From Hyphomonadaceae bacterium (lineage in GTDB: Bacteria > Pseudomonadota > Alphaproteobacteria > Caulobacterales > Aquidulcibacteraceae): a DNA stretch of 64,000 nt. The position numbers and the translations under genes are program-made. The stretch covers positions 5,373-69,372 of the forward strand of contig JBEIHY010000006.1 of NCBI GenBank assembly GCA_040381035.1. Direction: 5' to 3'. Positions 53,656 through 64,000 of the stretch are shown piece by piece; position 1 is the first letter of the stretch, and the number at the start of each line of letters is the position of its first letter. The notes under the pieces were generated by a model, which saw only the letters and a program-made list of their open reading frames with translations, ran no database searches and had not been told where the DNA came from.

Positions 53656-54789
53656 TCAAGCCCCCGCCGGCGCAGCCGCAAGCGGCAGAGCCGCGCCGCG
53701 GCCGGGCTTGGGCCGCGACCGCGCAAGGCTCAATCCGGCCGCCATCGCCACCCCAATCGCAAACACATACTGCAGCGGATTAAGGGCCGGATTGTCGACG
53801 CAGGCCGCGCCAATCCCCAGCGCCAGCAGACGCACGGCCAAAGCGATCGCGGCCGCAATCGCAATCCGCCGGCCAAGACCGAGCCGGCTGAACTCACCGC
53901 CCAGCAGCGCCGCCAAGGCAATCAGAGCCAAGGCGATATTGAGGATCGGAGAGGCTATGCGGGCATGGCCTTCCGCCAGAAAGGCCTTGCGGTTCTCAAT
54001 GTCGAACAACGATGTGGGGTCACTATAGAAGAGTTCGCCCAGGAAACGGTCAGAAGACTTGAGAAAGTAGGAATCCGGTTTGCGGAAGAAGCCGCCCATC
54101 TCCAGGACATACTGATCATAACCCAAAACATCAATGCCGCCATCGGGTTTGGGCTGCTGCACCTGGCCATCGCGCATGATCAGCGCCGGGGCGCCTTCGA
54201 GGGTGGCGATCCAGCCGCGTTTGGCGGTGTAGGTGACCGGCTTTTCCGGCTTGCGGTTGTCATGGATCAAAACGTCCCGCATCGCCCCGCCGGGAAGCGT
54301 TTCACGGGCATAAACGGTCAGGCCCGGGGCGGGTTTTGTGAACGAGCCCTCGCGCACCAGCGACGCCGCCAAATCGTTGCGCACCTCAAAAACACTTTCG
54401 CGCATCTCCCGAAAGGCCGCCGGTTGCACCAGCGTTCCCAGTGCGAGGTGAAACAGGGCGCACAGCGCTGCCACCTTCAAGACCGGCGCGATGATCTGGC
54501 CGTTGGACATGCCGGCGGCGTAAACGACCACAATTTCGCTGTCGGTATGCATTCGGTTGATTGCATAGATCACCGCGAAGAACAGCGCTAAAGGCAAGAT
54601 CAGAGCGACCAGTTGCGGCACCGCCAGCAGCGTGATCCATAAAAACGCCAAGCCTGAACGGCGATCATCGACGATTGTGTCAAGCTGAGCGAGGCTTTGG
54701 GTTAGCAATGCAAGCCCGGTCAGCCCGCCGAGAATCGCCAAAAGCGGCCCGATGATCTGACTGGCGAGGTAGGTTTGCACCTTGGTCAT
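53656..54789 (-). CDS. lptF: LPS export ABC transporter permease LptF
   Basis: 377 aa, YjgP/YjgQ family. It is the first of the lptF-lptG pair and is divergent from pepA. Confidence 0.88.
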   Translation of the reverse strand: MTKVQTYLASQIIGPLLAILGGLTGLALLTQSLAQLDTIVDDRRSGLAFLWITLLAVPQLVALILPLALFFAVIYAINRMHTDSEIVVVYAAGMSNGQIIAPVLKVAALCALFHLALGTLVQPAAFREMRESVFEVRNDLAASLVREGSFTKPAPGLTVYARETLPGGAMRDVLIHDNRKPEKPVTYTAKRGWIATLEGAPALIMRDGQVQQPKPDGGIDVLGYDQYVLEMGGFFRKPDSYFLKSSDRFLGELFYSDPTSLFDIENRKAFLAEGHARIASPILNIALALIALAALLGGEFSRLGLGRRIAIAAAIALAVRLLALGIGAACVDNPALNPLQYVFAIGVAMAAGLSLARSRPKPGRGAALPLAAAPAGA

Positions 54790-54955
54790 GGAATGGGCGT
54801 GTCCCCCGCAAACACGGCGAAAGCGCGGCCATGTGCGCCGTCACTTTCCAAGTCGAGCGGGCACAGCTACCACTGCGCGCGCGTCGGTTGAAGCTGCGAA
54901 TGAAGCGGCAGAGGATTGGCGCCCGGATTTTGAATTCAAAGGACGATAAAAGGCG

Positions 54956-56452
54956 ATGGACGTTCGATTTGTCACCGAAGCCAAGGGCGATGCGATCGTC
55001 GTTATGGCGACTGAAGGCGGCCAGCTGACCGCCGCCGGCCAGGCGCTCGACGCCAAAACCGGCGCCGCCTTGAGCAAAGCCATCGCCGCCAGTCGGTTTG
55101 CCGGAGGCCCCGGCCAGATCGTGGAGGTTCTCAGTCCGCCGGGCCTTGACGCCAGCCGCCTGATCGCTGTTGGCGTCGGTTCGCCAGACAAGGCCGATGG
55201 GCTCAGCGCGGAGCGTTGGGCGGGGGCGGCCGTGCGCCGCCTGCTTACTTCCGGCGCAGAAAGGGCCAGCTTTGTCGCCGAGGGCTTAAAGCAGGTGTCG
55301 GCTGCTGAAGTCGCTGCCCGGGCCGCGGTTGGCGCGCGCCTCGCCGCCTATCGCTTCGACCGTTACCGCACCAAACTGAAGCCGGAACAGAAGCCATCTT
55401 TGCTGGAAGTCCAGATTGTCGCTGATGGCGCGGCTGCCGCTCAAGCCCGTTATGAGCCGGAAGCCAGTGTGGTGGACGGTGTGACGTTTGCCCGTGATCT
55501 CGTCAATGAACCGGCGAATATTCTGTACCCTGCGGAGTTCTCCGCCCGCCTGAAAGCCATGCTGGAGCCGCATGGCGTTGATGTGCAGGTGCTGGGCGAA
55601 AAGGCGATGGCCGAGCTGGGCATGAACACGCTGCTCGGCGTTGGCCGCGGCTCGACGCGCGAAAGCCAAATGGTGGTGATGAGCTGGAAGGGCGCGCGCA
55701 ATAGCGCAGCCCAGCCAATTGCGCTCGTCGGCAAGGGCGTGACGTTTGACACCGGCGGGATTTCGTTGAAGCCCGGTCCCGGCATGGAAGATATGAAAGG
55801 CGATATGGGCGGTGCGGCGGCTGTCGCCGGCGCGATGCTCGCCATCGCCAAGCGCAAGGCCAAAGCCAATGTCGTTGGTCTTGTCGGTCTCGTGGAGAAC
55901 ATGCCCGACGGCGACGCCCAACGCCCGGGCGATATCGTTACTTCAATGTCGGGTCAGACCATCGAAGTGCTCAACACCGACGCCGAAGGTCGTCTGGTCC
56001 TTGCCGATGTGATTTGGTATGCGCAGGAAAAGCACCAGCCGAAAGCGATCGTCGATCTCGCCACCCTCACCGGCGCAATCATCATCAGCCTCGGCCACGA
56101 ACATGCCGGCCTCTTCAGCAATGACGATGAGTTGGCCAACGGCCTGATTGTCGCCGGTCTCGGCGAAGGCGAGCCGCTGTGGCGCCTGCCGCTGGGCCCG
56201 GGCTATGACAAGATGATGGACACGCCGAACGCCGACATGAAAAACATTTCCGGCAAAACCGCCGGCGGCTCGATCACTGGCGCGCAGTTTATCGGTCGAT
56301 TTGTCAAGCCGGGTCAGGCCTGGGCGCATCTCGATATCGCCGGCACCGCTTGGAAACCGATGCCGAACGACGACCCGACGCAACCGAGCTGGGGGACCGG
56401 CTTTGGCGTTCGATTGCTCAATCGCCTCGTGGCGACGCGCTACGAAGAGTGA
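54956..56452 (+). CDS. pepA: leucyl aminopeptidase (M17)
   Basis: 498 aa with VGKGVTFDTGGISLKP, MKGDMGGAA and the signature NTDAEGRLVLAD. Confidence 0.95.
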   Translation: MDVRFVTEAKGDAIVVMATEGGQLTAAGQALDAKTGAALSKAIAASRFAGGPGQIVEVLSPPGLDASRLIAVGVGSPDKADGLSAERWAGAAVRRLLTSGAERASFVAEGLKQVSAAEVAARAAVGARLAAYRFDRYRTKLKPEQKPSLLEVQIVADGAAAAQARYEPEASVVDGVTFARDLVNEPANILYPAEFSARLKAMLEPHGVDVQVLGEKAMAELGMNTLLGVGRGSTRESQMVVMSWKGARNSAAQPIALVGKGVTFDTGGISLKPGPGMEDMKGDMGGAAAVAGAMLAIAKRKAKANVVGLVGLVENMPDGDAQRPGDIVTSMSGQTIEVLNTDAEGRLVLADVIWYAQEKHQPKAIVDLATLTGAIIISLGHEHAGLFSNDDELANGLIVAGLGEGEPLWRLPLGPGYDKMMDTPNADMKNISGKTAGGSITGAQFIGRFVKPGQAWAHLDIAGTAWKPMPNDDPTQPSWGTGFGVRLLNRLVATRYEE

Positions 56453-56943
56453 GTGGCGCGGCCGCCACCGCCGGGCCGGAGCTGTGGTTCTACCACCTCG
56501 AACGCTCCAGTCTGGAAGGCACATTGAGCTTGCTGCTTGAGCGTTGCCTGCAGCGCGGCTGGCGGGCGCTGGTTGTCAGCCCCGCGGCCGCGCGTTTGGC
56601 CGAACTGGATGAAAAGCTTTGGACCGCGCACGACGATAGTTTTCTGCCGCACGCGCGCGCCGGCAAGCCCGATGACGCGCGCCAGCCGATCCTGCTCAGC
56701 GCCAGCCTCGTTGAAAACGCCAATCAGGCGCAGGCGCTATTTCTGCTGGATCAGGCTTGGCATGAGCGGCTAGATGCCCCGGCGGCGGCCGGCTTTGCGC
56801 GGGTGTCTCTGATGTTTGACGGCGCCAACGCGGAGGCGCTGGCCGGCGCCCGCCAGCGCTGGACAGCGACGCGCAAAGCGGGATGGGCTGCGGCCTATTT
56901 CAAAGAAACCAGTCCCGGCAAATGGGAGAGACAACAGGCATGA
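56449..56943 (+). CDS. holC: DNA polymerase III subunit chi
   Basis: A GTG start overlaps the pepA stop (GTGA). It has ELWFYHLERSSLEGTLSLLLERCLQRGWRALV. The pepA-holC synteny supports the call. Confidence 0.8.
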   Translation: MSGAAATAGPELWFYHLERSSLEGTLSLLLERCLQRGWRALVVSPAAARLAELDEKLWTAHDDSFLPHARAGKPDDARQPILLSASLVENANQAQALFLLDQAWHERLDAPAAAGFARVSLMFDGANAEALAGARQRWTATRKAGWAAAYFKETSPGKWERQQA

Positions 56944-57227
56944 TCCGGCCCCTGACGATTGCCGCGGCGCTTTTGCTCTGCGCTTGTGTGAGCGATCCCG
57001 CCGCCCAGCCAACCATCCCTTCCGAAGTCGTCGGCAGCGGCGCCTGCAAGGTTGGCGACTATCGCGACCTGATCGGCAAGCAGGCGGTCGATATCGACCG
57101 CACGAAACTGCCAAAGTCGTTTCGCATTCTGTGTCCCGGCTGCGCGGCCACCACCGATATCCGCCCCGATCGGCTGACCATCGAGCTCAACCGCGCCAAT
57201 CAGGTGGAGACTGTCCGATGTCAATGA
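56940..57227 (+). CDS. small lipoprotein, peptidase-inhibitor I78-like (copy 1)
   Basis: The ATG at 56940 overlaps the holC stop. Lipobox LLLCAC, then C..GDYRDLIGK....D...LP...RILCPG...T.D.RPDRLTIELN....V..V.C. Confidence 0.65.
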   Translation: MIRPLTIAAALLLCACVSDPAAQPTIPSEVVGSGACKVGDYRDLIGKQAVDIDRTKLPKSFRILCPGCAATTDIRPDRLTIELNRANQVETVRCQ

Positions 57228-57535
57228 AAGCGCTTGCTGCGATGGCCGCTTTGGTTTTGCTCGCCGCGTGTGGGCAGGCCGGCCAAGGGGGCGACGCCAA
57301 AACCTATGGCAAGGAAGAAACCGTTTCACCGAACGCCACCGCGGCAAGCCCGTGCGGCGCCGATCGCTTCACCGATTGGATCGGAAAGACCGAACAGGAA
57401 GTGGATATGGTCCGTCTGCCGCGCGGGCATCGATGGGTATGCAAAGACTGTCTGATGACCAAAGATCATGTGCCGGCCCGGATCAATTTCGATCTCGACG
57501 ATGGCGGCAAGATCTCCCGCATCTGGTGCGGCTGA
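57218..57535 (+). CDS. small lipoprotein, peptidase-inhibitor I78-like (copy 2)
   Basis: The ATG at 57218 overlaps copy 1 by 10 nt. Lipobox LVLLAAC, then C.ADRFTDWIGK...LPRGHRWVC..CLMTKDHVPARINFDLDDGGKISRIWCG. It is paralogous in layout to copy 1. Confidence 0.65.
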   Translation: MSMKALAAMAALVLLAACGQAGQGGDAKTYGKEETVSPNATAASPCGADRFTDWIGKTEQEVDMVRLPRGHRWVCKDCLMTKDHVPARINFDLDDGGKISRIWCG

Positions 57536-57536
57536 T

Positions 57537-57935
57537 ATGGCGCAGCGTAGCATAGGCGCGGTCACGTTGCTGGTTCCAACCTATCAGGCCGGGATTGATT
57601 TCTTCATCGGCGCGCTGGGTTTTGCGCTGATCGAGGATCGCGATCTGGGCGGGGGCAAACGTTGGGTGCTGGTTGGTGCTGAAAGCGGGGCGCGGCTGCT
57701 GCTGGCGCAAGCGGTCGGGCCTGCCCAAATCGCCGCCACCGGAAACCAGACCGGCGGGCGCGTCGGCTTTTTCCTCCACACTGACGATTTCGCCCGCGAT
57801 CATGCCCGCTTCAGCGCCGCCGGCGTGGTCTTTCGCGAAGCGCCGCGTCGCGAGGCCTACGGAACGGTGGCCGTGTTCGCCGATCCGTTCGGCAATCTCT
57901 GGGACCTGATCGAACCGGCGGCCGCTGTTACCTGA
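57537..57935 (+). CDS. VOC (glyoxalase/bleomycin-resistance/dioxygenase) family protein
   Basis: 132 aa from the ATG at 57537, with a beta-alpha-beta-beta-beta module pattern (IGAVTLLVPTYQAGIDFFIGALGF ... VFADPFGNLWDLIE). Confidence 0.8.
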   Translation: MAQRSIGAVTLLVPTYQAGIDFFIGALGFALIEDRDLGGGKRWVLVGAESGARLLLAQAVGPAQIAATGNQTGGRVGFFLHTDDFARDHARFSAAGVVFREAPRREAYGTVAVFADPFGNLWDLIEPAAAVT

Positions 57936-58007
57936 ATGTCGCTTGGCGGGGCCAAGGCTTCCCGCTATAGACCGCGGCCTTTGCCCTTTTCCGGAGCCAT
58001 ACCCGCC

Positions 58008-58427
58008 ATGACCGAACGCACCTTCTCGATCCTCAAGCCGGACGCAACCGCTCGCAACCTGACCGGCGAAATCAATGCCGTGATCGAGAACGCCGGCCTA
58101 AGAATCGTCGCCCAAAAGCGCGTGAAGCTTTCCCAGGCCCAGGCCGAGGCTTTCTATGGCGTTCACAAGGAGCGGCCGTTCTTCAAGGATCTGGTCAAGT
58201 TCATGACCTCCGGCCCGGTGGTCGTTCAAGTGCTTGAAGGCGACAATGCGGTTGCAAAGTACCGCGAGATCATGGGCGCCACGAACCCCTACAATGCCGC
58301 CCCGGGCACCATCCGCCGGCGCTTTGCCTCCAATATTGAGGCCAATACCGTCCACGGCTCCGACAGCCTTGACAACGCCAAGACCGAGATCGCGTTCTTC
58401 TTCAAGGACGACGACATCGTCGGCTAA
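58008..58427 (+). CDS. ndk: nucleoside-diphosphate kinase
   Basis: 139 aa from the ATG at 58008, with [21 protein letters not shown], and NTVHGSDS (active-site His). Confidence 0.95.
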   Translation: MTERTFSILKPDATARNLTGEINAVIENAGLRIVAQKRVKLSQAQAEAFYGVHKERPFFKDLVKFMTSGPVVVQVLEGDNAVAKYREIMGATNPYNAAPGTIRRRFASNIEANTVHGSDSLDNAKTEIAFFFKDDDIVG

Positions 58428-58442
58428 GGTGGCGCTCTTGCA

Positions 58443-58480
58443 GGCGCGCCGGCAGGGCCGTTTCCGGCGCGCCAATTGTT
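58443..58480 (+). terminator. GC-rich hairpin between convergent ndk and purN (likely intrinsic/bidirectional terminator)
   Basis: ggcgcgccgg (58443-58452) pairs perfectly with ccggcgcgcc (58464-58473) around an 11-nt loop, followed by aattgtt. It lies 16 nt after the ndk stop. Confidence 0.55.
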
Positions 58481-59124
58481 CAGCTTGCAAGCCATCCATT
58501 CAGCAAAGCCGGTGCAGCCATGGGCGGGCCGAAGCCGCGCACACCGCTGTTTGTGCCGCTGACCGCCAGCGAAAGCGCCAGCGGGAAGAGTTGGTGTTCG
58601 GCCTCCAGCACCCGCGCGGCGAGGCTTTCGGGGGTGTCATCTGGGCGCACGGCCACGCCGGCTTGGGCGATGATGGCGCCTTCATCGACGCTGTCGGCCA
58701 CATAATGCACGGTCGCGCCGTGCAGCTTTACGCCGGCCGCCAAAGCGCGTTCATGGGTGTCGAGGCCCGCAAAGGCCGGCAAAAGCGAAGGATGGATATT
58801 GATCATCCGCCCGGCCCAGCGGCCGACCAGATACGGCGTCAGCACCCGCATGAAGCCGGCCAGCGCCACCCACTCCGCGCCATGCGCGCGCAGCGCGTTA
58901 TCAAGCACGGCCTCAAACGCGGCGCGGTCTTTGCCGAACGCCTTATGGTCGACGATGACGGTGTCGACGCCAGCCCGCAGCGCCCGATCCAGGCCGCCGG
59001 CGTCGGCCCGGTTGGAGATCACCACGCATAGTTCAAACGGCGCCCCAGCGCTGGCAGCGTCAATCAGCGCTTGCAGATTGGAGCCGCGGCCGGAAATCAG
59101 CACGCCGACCTTTGCCCGGCTCAT
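58480..59124 (-). CDS. purN: phosphoribosylglycinamide formyltransferase
   Basis: 214 aa with [37 protein letters not shown]...VDEGAII. Confidence 0.93.
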   Translation of the reverse strand: MSRAKVGVLISGRGSNLQALIDAASAGAPFELCVVISNRADAGGLDRALRAGVDTVIVDHKAFGKDRAAFEAVLDNALRAHGAEWVALAGFMRVLTPYLVGRWAGRMINIHPSLLPAFAGLDTHERALAAGVKLHGATVHYVADSVDEGAIIAQAGVAVRPDDTPESLAARVLEAEHQLFPLALSLAVSGTNSGVRGFGPPMAAPALLNGWLAS

Positions 59125-60149
59125 GGCGCGCGCACCTCGCCGACGACGAAGGCGTTTTCGCCGTCGGTCAGCAGGGCTTCCAACACGTCGGGCACATCGG
59201 CCGGCGCGACGCAGGCAATTAGCCCCAAACCCATATTGAACGTGCGCCGCATTTCAGCTTCCGGCGTGGCGCCGACTTCAGCGAGCCAGTCAAACACCGC
59301 AGGCGCGCGCCAGCCGGCATAATCGAAGGCCGGCGCGAGGGTGTCGGGCAACATGCGCGGGGTGTTCTCGATCAGGCCGCCGCCGGTGATATGGGCAAGC
59401 CCCTTGATTAGGCTGGCGCGGATCAGCGGCAGCATTGGCTTTACGTATATTCTCGTCGGGGTGAGCAGCGCTTGCGCAAGGCTTGCGCCCGCCGCGAACG
59501 GCGCCGGCGCATCCCAGCTCAAACCAGATCGCGCGACGATCTTGCGGATCAGCGAATAGCCGTTGGCGTGCGGGCCGCTGCTCGCCAGCCCGATCAGCAC
59601 ATCGCCGGTGCGCATATCGCCAAACCGCGGCAGCAGCCGGCCACGCTCCGCCGCGCCCACCGCAAAGCCCGCCAGATCATAATCGCCATCGGCGTAAAGG
59701 CCCGGCATTTCAGCGGTTTCCCCGCCGACCAGCGCGCAGCCGGCCAGGCGGCAGCCTTGCGCGATGCCGGCGACGATCCGAGCGCCAGCCCCGGCGTCGA
59801 GCTTGCCGGTGGCGAAATAGTCCAGGAAAAACAGCGGCTCGCCGCCTTGGGCCAAAAGGTCGTTGACGCACATGGCGACGAGATCGACGCCGATCGTGTC
59901 GTGCATGCCGGTTTCAATCGCGATCTTCAGCTTGGTGCCGACGCCGTCGGTGGTGGCGAGCAAAACGGGATCGCTGAAGCCGGCCGCTTTCAGATCAAAC
60001 GCCGCTGCAAAGCCGCCAAGCCCGCCCATCACGCCCGCCCGCGCGGTGGCTTTCGCCAAGGGCGCGATGCGATCGACGAGGCGCGCGCCTTCGTCGATAT
60101 CGACGCCGGAGCCGGCATAAGTGAGGGGTGTCATTCTGGGATCGGCCAT
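59121..60149 (-). CDS. purM: phosphoribosylformylglycinamidine cyclo-ligase
   Basis: [53 protein letters not shown]. The start is assumed at 60149; the ORF extends to 60188. It has an ATGA overlap with purN. Confidence 0.93.
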   Translation of the reverse strand: MADPRMTPLTYAGSGVDIDEGARLVDRIAPLAKATARAGVMGGLGGFAAAFDLKAAGFSDPVLLATTDGVGTKLKIAIETGMHDTIGVDLVAMCVNDLLAQGGEPLFFLDYFATGKLDAGAGARIVAGIAQGCRLAGCALVGGETAEMPGLYADGDYDLAGFAVGAAERGRLLPRFGDMRTGDVLIGLASSGPHANGYSLIRKIVARSGLSWDAPAPFAAGASLAQALLTPTRIYVKPMLPLIRASLIKGLAHITGGGLIENTPRMLPDTLAPAFDYAGWRAPAVFDWLAEVGATPEAEMRRTFNMGLGLIACVAPADVPDVLEALLTDGENAFVVGEVRAP

Positions 60150-60236
60150 GGCGAAGTTCCACATCGGCCGCATCGCGGCCCGAATCATACGCGCAGACTT
60201 GGCCGCGCTCCGGGCGATTGATAGGGTCGCCCGCTC

Positions 60237-61310
60237 GTGAAAGGAACCCTGCTCATGTCTTGGATGCTGCGGCTCGTGGGTGCGGTCTGCGCCATGGTTG
60301 TGTTTGGCGCTGGCCCAGCGCTGGCGCGCACCGATCTGTTTCAGGTCAATGGCGTGCGTGTGGACGCCGCCGGGGCCAACGCCACGGAGGCCCGCGCCAA
60401 TGCCTTCAATGCCGGAGAGCGCGCTGCGTTTGAGCGCCTCACCCGCCGATTGGCCTCACCCGGCGAAGTCGAACGCCTTGGCATGCCCGCCGCTGACGGC
60501 CTGATGCTGGACCGACTTGTCACCGGGGTTGACGTCGAAGACGAGCGCCGCGCCGGCAATCGCTATCTTGGCCGGCTGACCATTGGATTTGACCCTGCCC
60601 AGGTGCGCGCGCTCTTGCGCGCCGCCGGCTTTACGGTGCTTGAAACCCGCGGGCCGGCGACCCTGATTGTGGCGCAGTTCGCAGGCGCAGCGCCGACCGC
60701 GCAGGATCAGTTCCGCCAGGTTTGGGAACAGGCCGGATTTGCCCAGGAATTGTCGCCGCTGGCGGTGGCGCCGGCGACGGTTGTTGGCGCGCCAGATTGG
60801 GCGCTGGCGCAACCGGCTGCTTCGGTGGCAGGCGCTGCGGCGGCGGTGTTTGTGACGGCGCGCTTGGCCGGCTCCAATCTGGTCGCGGATCTGGTTGAGG
60901 TCGGGCCGAATGGCGTCACGAAGCCGCGCGGGCAGGTCAGCGCCCCAGCCACGATCGGCGACGCCGGTTTGACGGCGGCGATGGTGCGCTTGGCCGAAGC
61001 CGCCAATGCGCGCTTGCAGGTTGATTGGAAAAGTTCGCTTGGACAGGGTGTCGCGCTGCGCCAGCGGTTAAGCGTCGCGGCTGAATACGCCACCCAAGCC
61101 GATTGGGCGCGGATCAAACGCGCCCTGACCGCAGCGACCGCAACGCTTGTGTCGGATGTGCAAATCCAGGCGGTCGCCAAGCGCGGCGCGCTGGTCAGTT
61201 TCAGCTATGTGGGATCGCCGGAACAGCTTGCGGCGGAATTTGGCCGCTCTGGCGTGGCGCTGGATCGCACCGGCCAGGGCCTGGCGGTCTTGCGCGCCGG
61301 CGGCGGGTGA
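60237..61310 (+). CDS. secreted conserved hypothetical protein (possibly DUF2066-like)
   Basis: 357-aa ORF with a signal peptide ([20 protein letters not shown]). It is divergent from purM and immediately upstream of the hdaA-like gene. The family assignment is from memory of the synteny only. Confidence 0.5.
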   Translation: MKGTLLMSWMLRLVGAVCAMVVFGAGPALARTDLFQVNGVRVDAAGANATEARANAFNAGERAAFERLTRRLASPGEVERLGMPAADGLMLDRLVTGVDVEDERRAGNRYLGRLTIGFDPAQVRALLRAAGFTVLETRGPATLIVAQFAGAAPTAQDQFRQVWEQAGFAQELSPLAVAPATVVGAPDWALAQPAASVAGAAAAVFVTARLAGSNLVADLVEVGPNGVTKPRGQVSAPATIGDAGLTAAMVRLAEAANARLQVDWKSSLGQGVALRQRLSVAAEYATQADWARIKRALTAATATLVSDVQIQAVAKRGALVSFSYVGSPEQLAAEFGRSGVALDRTGQGLAVLRAGGG

Positions 61311-61314
61311 GGTC

Positions 61315-62022
61315 GTGACGGGCGGCGCGCAGGGGCGGCTGTTTCCATTCTTGATCGAGGATTGGAGCCGCGCGGCGCTGGTGGAGGGTGAGGCCAATCG
61401 CGCCGCGATCGCCCAGATCGACGCGCGTCCCTGGCCGGGCGGGGCCTTGGCCCTGATCGGCCCGCCGGGCAGCGGCAAGAGCCATATCGGGGCGGTGTTT
61501 GCGGCCGAAACCGGCGCTGCCCGCCATGCCGCGGCCGCCGGCGCAGCGGCCGCACAGGCGGCGTTTGACGCCGGCAAGGGGTTTGTTCTGGTAGATGACG
61601 CCGGAGAACAGCCCAATGACGAGGGCTTGTTTCTGCTGCTGAACCGCGCCCGCGCCGAAGGCGGGGCGATTTTGTTAACCGGTTCAAGCCCGCCGCGAAC
61701 CTGGATCGCGGCGAGTGCAGATTTAGCCTCCCGGTTCAAGGCTTTGCCGGTTGCAGCGCTGGCGGAGCCGGATGAGACGCTTCTGGTTGGCGTTTTGCGG
61801 CGTTTATGTCGCCAGCGATTCATAGAACTGACAGATGAGGTTGCTAGATACTTGAGCTTCCATATGGAGCGGTCGTTCGCGGCGGCGGTGAGGCTCGCCG
61901 ACGCGCTCGACGCGGTGATGGTGCGCGGCCGGGCGCCGGTGTCGCGCCAGACTGCCCGTTTGGCTCTGATCGCCTGTGGTCAGGGCGCGGCGCTTCGCGA
62001 ACCGGATGACGAAGCGCCATGA
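61315..62022 (+). CDS. hdaA: DnaA-related regulatory inactivator HdaA-like protein
   Basis: GTG start at 61315. An N-terminal QGRLFPF resembles a beta-clamp-binding motif. It has an AAA+ Walker A ([11 protein letters not shown]), a box VII-like region, and a DnaA-like [20 protein letters not shown]. Confidence 0.75.
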   Translation: MTGGAQGRLFPFLIEDWSRAALVEGEANRAAIAQIDARPWPGGALALIGPPGSGKSHIGAVFAAETGAARHAAAAGAAAAQAAFDAGKGFVLVDDAGEQPNDEGLFLLLNRARAEGGAILLTGSSPPRTWIAASADLASRFKALPVAALAEPDETLLVGVLRRLCRQRFIELTDEVARYLSFHMERSFAAAVRLADALDAVMVRGRAPVSRQTARLALIACGQGAALREPDDEAP

Positions 62023-64000
62023 CCGACGCCAGACCAACCCGCCGGCCCAAGGCCGCCCCCGCCCCAACCGCCGCGGCGGTCGCCCCTGACAGCCCCGATC
62101 GGTTTATCAATCGGGAAACCTCTTGGCTGGCGTTCAACACCCGAGTGCTGGAAGAGGCCCAAAACAGCGCCCATCCATTGCTGGAGCGGCTGCGGTTTCT
62201 GTCAATCTCGGCCAACAATCTCGATGAATTCTACATGGTGCGGGTCGCTGGCTTGCATGAGCAGGTTAAAGCCGGCGTCACGGGGCTGTCGCAGGACGGC
62301 CTGACGCCGGCTCAACAGCTTGAGCGAGTCGCGGCCGCAGCGACCAAACTCATGGCCGATCAGCAGATGTGCTGGCGCGCGCTCAAGAATGATATGGCTG
62401 GCGAAGGGCTGTGCGTCATTGAGCCGGGCGACCTCAAAGCGGCCGAGCGCGCTTGGCTGCGCACCACCTTCCTTGATCGCATCTTCCCCCTGCTCACGCC
62501 GTTGGCGATTGATCCCGCCCATCCGTTCCCGTTCATCCCCAATCTCGGCTTCGCGATTGCCTTGAAGCTGCGCCGGCGTGAAGACGGGCGCGCGCTCAAT
62601 GCGCTGGTGCCGGCGCCCAGTCATGCCTCGCGCTTTATCGAAATCCCGCCGGGCGAGGCCAGCACGGTGCGCCGTTTCGTGCCGCTGGAAGCGGTGATTG
62701 TGGCCAGCCTTGATGAACTGTTTCCCGGCTATGACGTCACCGCTAGCGGGAGTTTCCGCATCGTCCGCGACAGCGATATCGAGCTGGAGGAAGAGGCCGA
62801 AGATCTGGTCCGCGAATTCCAAACGCTGCTGAAGCAGCGCCGGCTCGGTGAAATCGTGCGGCTGAAGCTAGAATCCCAGATGCCCGAGGACTTGCGCGAT
62901 TTCGTGATCCGCGAAATTGGCGCTGATCCCCATGATGTCGTGATCGCCGATGGGATGTTGGGGCTGGCCGAATTGGCGCAGCTGATTGTCGATGACCGCC
63001 CGGAATTGAAATTCACCCCGTATGATCCGCGCTATCCGGAGCGCATTCGCGAGCATGGCGGCGATATCTTTGCGGCCATTCGCCAGAAGGATATGCTGAT
63101 CCATCACCCGTTTGAGAGCTTCGATGCGGTGGTGCAGTTTGTGCGCCAGGCCGCTGAAGATCCGCTTGTGGTCGGCATCAAACAAACGCTTTACCGCACT
63201 TCGAAAAACTCCCCGATCGTGGCGGCTTTGATTCAGGCGGCCGAGGCCGGCAAGAACGTCACGGCGCTCGTTGAAATCAAAGCCCGCTTTGATGAAGAGA
63301 ACAATCTCCGTTGGGCGCGCGATCTGGAGCGCGCGGGCGTTTCGGTCGTGTTCGGCTTTGTCGATTACAAGACCCACGCCAAACTCAGTCTGGTGGTTCG
63401 CCGCGAGCCCGATGGCTTGAAAACCTACACTCATTTCGGCACCGGCAATTATCATCCGGTCACAGCGCGCATCTACACGGATCTGTCGCTGTTCACCGCC
63501 GAACCGGCCTTTGCGCGCGATGCAGGCCGCGTGTTCAACTACATCACCGGCTACGCCAAGCCGGCTGATCTGGAAAAAATCGCGCTCTCGCCGCTCACCC
63601 TGAAGCCGCGCCTGCTCGAGTTGATCGCGGCGGAGGAGGCGCATGTGCGGGCCGGGCGGCCTGGCGCCATCTGGGCCAAGCTCAATGCGCTGGTTGATCC
63701 CGTGATCATCGACGCTTTGTATCGCGCCAGCCAGGTCGGTGTGCGTATTGACCTGGTGGTGCGCGGCATTTGCTGCCTTCGCCCTGGCGTTCCCGGCCTG
63801 TCAGACAATATCCGCGTCAAATCGATTGTCGGGCGTTTTCTGGAGCATTCGCGGATTGTCTGCTTTGGCGACGGCCAGCCCATGCCCCATCCAGGGGCCA
63901 AGGTGTTCATCTCCTCAGCCGATTGGATGCCGCGAAATCTTGATCGACGTGTGGAAGTGCTTTGCCCGATTGAAAATCCCACCGTACATCAGCAAATCCT
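62019..64000 (+). CDS. ppk: polyphosphate kinase 1, N-terminal ~660 aa; runs off the right edge
   Basis: My own translation from the ATG at 62019 (ATGA overlap with the hdaA stop): [10 protein letters not shown]...[53 protein letters not shown], with later [12 protein letters not shown] and HFGTGNYH motifs. The ORF is open at the window end, so it is not in the ORF track. Confidence 0.93.
   Translation, partial: MTDARPTRRPKAAPAPTAAAVAPDSPDRFINRETSWLAFNTRVLEEAQNSAHPLLERLRFLSISANNLDEFYMVRVAGLHEQVKAGVTGLSQDGLTPAQQLERVAAAATKLMADQQMCWRALKNDMAGEGLCVIEPGDLKAAERAWLRTTFLDRIFPLLTPLAIDPAHPFPFIPNLGFAIALKLRRREDGRALNALVPAPSHASRFIEIPPGEASTVRRFVPLEAVIVASLDELFPGYDVTASGSFRIVRDSDIELEEEAEDLVREFQTLLKQRRLGEIVRLKLESQMPEDLRDFVIREIGADPHDVVIADGMLGLAELAQLIVDDRPELKFTPYDPRYPERIREHGGDIFAAIRQKDMLIHHPFESFDAVVQFVRQAAEDPLVVGIKQTLYRTSKNSPIVAALIQAAEAGKNVTALVEIKARFDEENNLRWARDLERAGVSVVFGFVDYKTHAKLSLVVRREPDGLKTYTHFGTGNYHPVTARIYTDLSLFTAEPAFARDAGRVFNYITGYAKPADLEKIALSPLTLKPRLLELIAAEEAHVRAGRPGAIWAKLNALVDPVIIDALYRASQVGVRIDLVVRGICCLRPGVPGLSDNIRVKSIVGRFLEHSRIVCFGDGQPMPHPGAKVFISSADWMPRNLDRRVEVLCPIENPTVHQQI

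Noticed and set aside
51658-54591. 548-aa and 351-aa plus-strand ORFs
   Set aside because: They are antisense to lptD, lptG and lptF. The translations are Arg/Gly/Gln-rich with no motifs.
1-64000. Window-wide search for CRISPR arrays, tRNA/rRNA genes, IS/transposase, integrase, phage or defence-system genes
   Set aside because: No repeat-spacer periodicity and no tRNA T-loop/acceptor patterns were noticed. No ORF carried transposase, nuclease-helicase, reverse transcriptase, methyltransferase-restriction or toxin-antitoxin signatures. xerD is a housekeeping recombinase in its usual synteny.

Overview
This is a GC-rich, densely packed chromosomal segment. Its gene content and synteny look alphaproteobacterial: uvrC-pgsA, ruvCAB, xerD next to aroK-aroB, lptF-lptG-lptD-surA-pdxA-rsmA, pepA-holC, purN-purM next to hdaA-ppk, an alpha-type sspB, and a PleC-like kinase. 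Almost all of it is core housekeeping. The genes cover translation (ileS), lipoprotein processing (lspA), DNA repair and recombination (mutL, uvrC, ruvCAB, xerD), shikimate, purine and branched-chain amino acid metabolism, LPS transport, polyphosphate, and several two-component and ECF signalling modules.

I found no rRNA, tRNA, CRISPR array, transposase, phage gene or recognisable defence gene. xerD is the only recombinase. I do not see a convincing multi-gene novel system, and I say so rather than force one.

The observations most worth a second look are:
1. An imperfect palindromic, REP/MITE-like element of about 110 nt lies in frame inside the ileS editing-domain coding sequence.
2. An AT-rich compound hairpin element with mutually exclusive pairings lies between two convergent genes (45.6 kb).
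3. An EAL / CheY-like (Arg-rich tail) / PleC-like kinase operon carries a 10-bp tandem repeat in the regulator's tail.
4. A hybrid histidine kinase is heavily decayed.
5. An enoyl-CoA hydratase gene is broken at a TTT-TTT-TAA-G slippery site and also has an in-frame TAA.
6. A lipoprotein gene is translationally wedged between ruvA and ruvB, and a GTTC-N7-GTTC SOS-box candidate lies upstream of ruvC.

Many long ORFs in the six-frame track are antisense artefacts of the high GC content and were rejected. All functional calls rest on my reading of the translated motifs and gene order. No database search was run.
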